A stretch of 6,373 nucleotides of DNA, taken from positions 1 through 6,373 of the IMG/VR virus record IMGVR_UViG_3300020041_000064. The stretch is one strand, 5' to 3'. Shown here in pieces: positions 4,091-6,373 of the stretch (position 1 is its first letter; each line of letters starts with the position of its first letter). Below the pieces are notes generated by a model. It worked only from the letters and a program-made list of their open reading frames with translations, ran no database searches and was not told the origin of the DNA. A program made the position numbers and the translations under genes. The stretch comes from a virus.

Positions 4091-5956
4091 TTAGTAAGGT
4101 ACACCATCACGAGACAAATTACGGGCAACATAGCAACCGATATAAGAGTTAACCAACAATTGGTCAGTATCCCAGGTAGAATCAGCGTTCACACCAAAAA
4201 TCGGGTCAAGAACAGAAGGATTGACCTTGAAAAACTTGTAATTCAAACCAACTTTAGTCACCGGATCGGGAGTAGAACCGCCAAAACGGGCCCAGCCAGA
4301 AAGCAAGGAATCAGTTACAGGAGAAACCCAAGATTTTAAAGTAGTAGTAAACGCGCCGTTAATGACATCAAGCTTAGTCTTCCAATTGAAATAACGGGGA
4401 TTATAACCGGCATTAAACAGATTGAAAGCAGTAGCAAGTGAAGAATTAAAAATCTGCGTCATAGGAAGCGTTTCCATGCCAATATTATCAAACTCCGGAA
4501 TCGGGAGAGACTCAGCATCGGTAACAAGCAACTGGCCATCCTGTCCGGTAATGGAATAATCAAGCAAAGGAACGGCATGATAGATACACATAACGACACA
4601 ATGTTCGTCAGTAGTATAAGTGAAAGAACCGTTTCCTGCACCGACACCCTTACCGGCAATAACAGCAGTATCACCTTCAGTAGCAAGGTTATTGTTCACA
4701 ACCTCACTGATATCAAGGTTACGGGAAATACCACCGATATAGGTACACATATTAGAAAGAGCCTGGGGCAGTTTCACGCCAAAGTGCTTGCGAATCTGTT
4801 CACGATAGTCGGAGTCTCCGGACTGACTGATTTCCTTCCAACGCTGAAGGGCTTCGGCCTGGCGAAGAGCAAGAACAGTAAATTGATTCTGCAAACCAGA
4901 AAGGTCAACTTGAAGAGTAGAACCAGAAAGAATAACGTTAGAAGTAGAAGCGTCTTTGGCCGAGAAAGATATCGGGGTAAGAGGAGCATTATAAGAACCC
5001 GCAGTAGCAACCTCAGAAGTAGCATTACCGCTTGAACTCTTTAAAAATACAGAAGGAGAAACAACACCATCAGTATTTAAAAGATTAATTATAGCAACAT
5101 CTCCAAACTGGGAATTCGGAAGAACACCCATCAGCATGTCCTTGTTCCAGTTACAATATTTGAGGTCAAACATTGTGTCAGATTTCCAATAATCAGATTT
5201 ATCGGAAGGAATAGAATCAAAAGGAATGAAATCGGGAGAAATTCCAGAAAAGTAATCAACATTATAAGAAGAAGGATTAGAATTTTCCCATTGAGACCAA
5301 CGGAAGAAATCCTGGTAAATCTTCTGATAAGCAAGAATAGGGAATATATTCACAACGTTATTCTGAGAATACTGTTGAGAAAAACTTGCTGCATCATCAT
5401 TATTCACTAAAGAAGTAGACCACCAACGATTGCCAGAAGTAGGGACAGAAGACACAAAGTTTCCATAACCAAGATAAGACAAAAGTTTAAAAGACAAATC
5501 TCCTCGGAAAAAACCAAACGAATTTTTAAAACCAGAAGAATTTCCGGGATTAGGAGAAGTTCCATTAAGCCGATAAGGGAAATAGAACAAAGAAGACAAA
5601 GGCAAAGAAGGAAGATAAGTACCCAAAGACAAATTCTGTGTCAAAGACAGGGCCTGGATCTGATTAACATCCTGCATTTGAGTCAACACAGAAGGAGCAG
5701 ATTTCCAGAGAAGGCGCAACGGCACAGCATAGAAATCAAAATACTCACGCAACCGGGTATAAGCAGAAGTCTCAACGGGCTGAGTACGAGTAAAATACTC
5801 AACATTGAACTTATACTTATCACCAGGCATAGAAATATCCCAGTAAACAGGAAGAAGCTCACCAACTTTTGCGGTAAACGCATTTTTACGTCCAATATCA
5901 AATCCAGAACGGTGAGGATGATTCTGAAGATTGGACATCCCGGTGTAAGAAGCCAT
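4091..5956 (-). CDS. VP1: Major capsid protein VP1 (F-like jelly-roll capsid protein), 621 aa
   Basis: This is the largest ORF. Its N-terminus HPHRSGFDIGRKNAFTAKVGELLPVYWDISMPGDKY..YTRLREYFDFYAVPLRLLW matches the conserved start of Microviridae VP1 as I recall it, with AFTAKVGELLP resembling Alpavirinae. It has a very strong T3 codon bias and ends in TAA at 4093-4091. Confidence 0.93.
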   Translation of the reverse strand: MASYTGMSNLQNHPHRSGFDIGRKNAFTAKVGELLPVYWDISMPGDKYKFNVEYFTRTQPVETSAYTRLREYFDFYAVPLRLLWKSAPSVLTQMQDVNQIQALSLTQNLSLGTYLPSLPLSSLFYFPYRLNGTSPNPGNSSGFKNSFGFFRGDLSFKLLSYLGYGNFVSSVPTSGNRWWSTSLVNNDDAASFSQQYSQNNVVNIFPILAYQKIYQDFFRWSQWENSNPSSYNVDYFSGISPDFIPFDSIPSDKSDYWKSDTMFDLKYCNWNKDMLMGVLPNSQFGDVAIINLLNTDGVVSPSVFLKSSSGNATSEVATAGSYNAPLTPISFSAKDASTSNVILSGSTLQVDLSGLQNQFTVLALRQAEALQRWKEISQSGDSDYREQIRKHFGVKLPQALSNMCTYIGGISRNLDISEVVNNNLATEGDTAVIAGKGVGAGNGSFTYTTDEHCVVMCIYHAVPLLDYSITGQDGQLLVTDAESLPIPEFDNIGMETLPMTQIFNSSLATAFNLFNAGYNPRYFNWKTKLDVINGAFTTTLKSWVSPVTDSLLSGWARFGGSTPDPVTKVGLNYKFFKVNPSVLDPIFGVNADSTWDTDQLLVNSYIGCYVARNLSRDGVPY

Positions 5957-5975
5957 AAAAAAAAATAATTAAAGA

Positions 5976-6373
5976 TTAAACAATACCAGGCTCATTCTGA
6001 TAAGAAAAAATACCAGACAAATCATTAAACCTCTTATGTTTGACCTTATCTCGACATTTCATCAATGCCGCAGCGGCCAAGCGACGAACAAGAGGTAGTT
6101 TATGGTAAGGTTCTTCCTTATTCTCGGGAAGCCTGTTATAACGGAAAGAATAATTACGAATCTCAAAGTCAACCAAATCCTTGTCATCAGAAACTTCCAG
6201 GGTCTGATAAAAATCGACAAGACGATTGTAATCGTAACGACTCCAAAAATTGACTATTTTCTCGGATATAATACGCAAGAACCTGTCTCGGCCATAGAGC
6301 GCTCCTCCTGGAGAGCCGCTGGACCAGAAGAGCTCTGAGCATCCATCTGTTGAATATGTTCGAATAAATTTAG
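5976..6373 (-). CDS. VP4: Rep (VP4) C-terminal part; 6253-6373 duplicates 1-121, and the unique continuation is 6252..5976 with stop TAA at 5978-5976
   Basis: It is in the same frame as 1..1442 (6252 is divisible by 3) and is open from the window edge to 5976. The track reports it as a 100-aa ORF starting at an internal TTG (6278), which is Leu473 of Rep. Confidence 0.88.
   Translation of the reverse strand, partial: KFIRTYSTDGCSELFWSSGSPGGALYGRDRFLRIISEKIVNFWSRYDYNRLVDFYQTLEVSDDKDLVDFEIRNYSFRYNRLPENKEEPYHKLPLVRRLAAAALMKCRDKVKHKRFNDLSGIFSYQNEPGIV
6253..6373. repeat. Right copy of the exact 121-nt terminal redundancy
   Basis: This is the same string as 1-121. It lies inside the Rep coding frame, so it is an artefact of linearising a circle and not a biological repeat. 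Confidence 0.97.

Larger units (their letters stand above)
1..6252 (-). mobile_element. Complete circular Microviridae (ssDNA phage) genome unit of 6252 nt, with all genes on the window minus strand
   Basis: The gene set is VP1 capsid, VP2 pilot and HUH Rep, packed with 1-19 nt gaps or overlaps. Positions 1-121 are identical to 6253-6373, so the sequence closes into a 6252-nt circle. The Rep reading frame is continuous across that junction. Confidence 0.9.

Noticed and set aside
4459-4686. Same-strand off-frame hydrophobic ORFs: 4459..4686, 4774..5025, 5131..5334, 5683..5901, 3671..3874, 3060..3332, 2550..2813, 1073..1354 and 2..265. Some of them look like small membrane proteins.
   Set aside because: All lie in the same +1 frame relative to their host gene. 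The T-rich third position of the host becomes the second position of these ORFs. That yields Leu/Phe/Val/Ile-rich products and few stops. They are composition artefacts unless conservation shows otherwise. 2..265 resembles a phiX174 E-style embedded TM protein, but I see nothing beyond the bias.
5976-6278. A 100-aa ORF listed as a separate gene at the right end.
   Set aside because: Its start is an internal TTG. The frame is open upstream to the window edge and joins the Rep frame from 1442..1 through the 6252-nt circle. It is the Rep C-terminus.
1-6373. I looked for tRNA or other RNA genes, CRISPR repeats, integrase, reverse transcriptase, toxin-antitoxin pairs and hammerhead-type ribozyme cores.
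   Set aside because: I saw no T-loop or cloverleaf pattern, no regularly spaced direct repeats, and no ORF with recombinase or RT motifs. The only CUGAUGA-like string lies inside VP2 coding sequence without the partner elements.

Overview
The window is one complete, circularly permuted genome of a small ssDNA phage of the family Microviridae. It is not phiX-like. The capsid N-terminus, the long Rep and the absence of Shine-Dalgarno motifs suggest an Alpavirinae-like phage with a Bacteroidota host. The unit length is 6252 nt, and bases 1-121 are repeated exactly at 6253-6373, which is assembly-type terminal redundancy of a circle. All genes read on the window minus strand. Their order on the coding strand is: major capsid VP1 (5956->4091), a 160-aa VP3-like protein (4079->3597), pilot protein VP2 (3597->2530), and a ~500-nt non-coding region. 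That region holds an intrinsic-terminator-like hairpin, a structure-dense ~330-nt segment and a Bacteroides-type promoter candidate. Next come a 57-65-aa unknown ORF, a 29-aa single-transmembrane ORF, a 102-aa M15-family zinc peptidase and a 572-aa HUH rolling-circle Rep (VP4). Rep starts at 1442, runs off the left edge and finishes at 5976 across the circular junction. It is therefore missing from the supplied ORF track, which shows only its last 100 aa. The most interesting content is the tightly packed membrane-peptide plus cell-wall-peptidase pair, a holin/endolysin-style lysis cassette in a microvirus, coupled directly upstream of Rep. The structured non-coding segment lying between terminator and promoter is the second point of interest. 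Most other ORFs in the track follow from strong T preference at codon position 3 and are rejected. All homology statements come from motif recognition by eye and memory. No database search was run.
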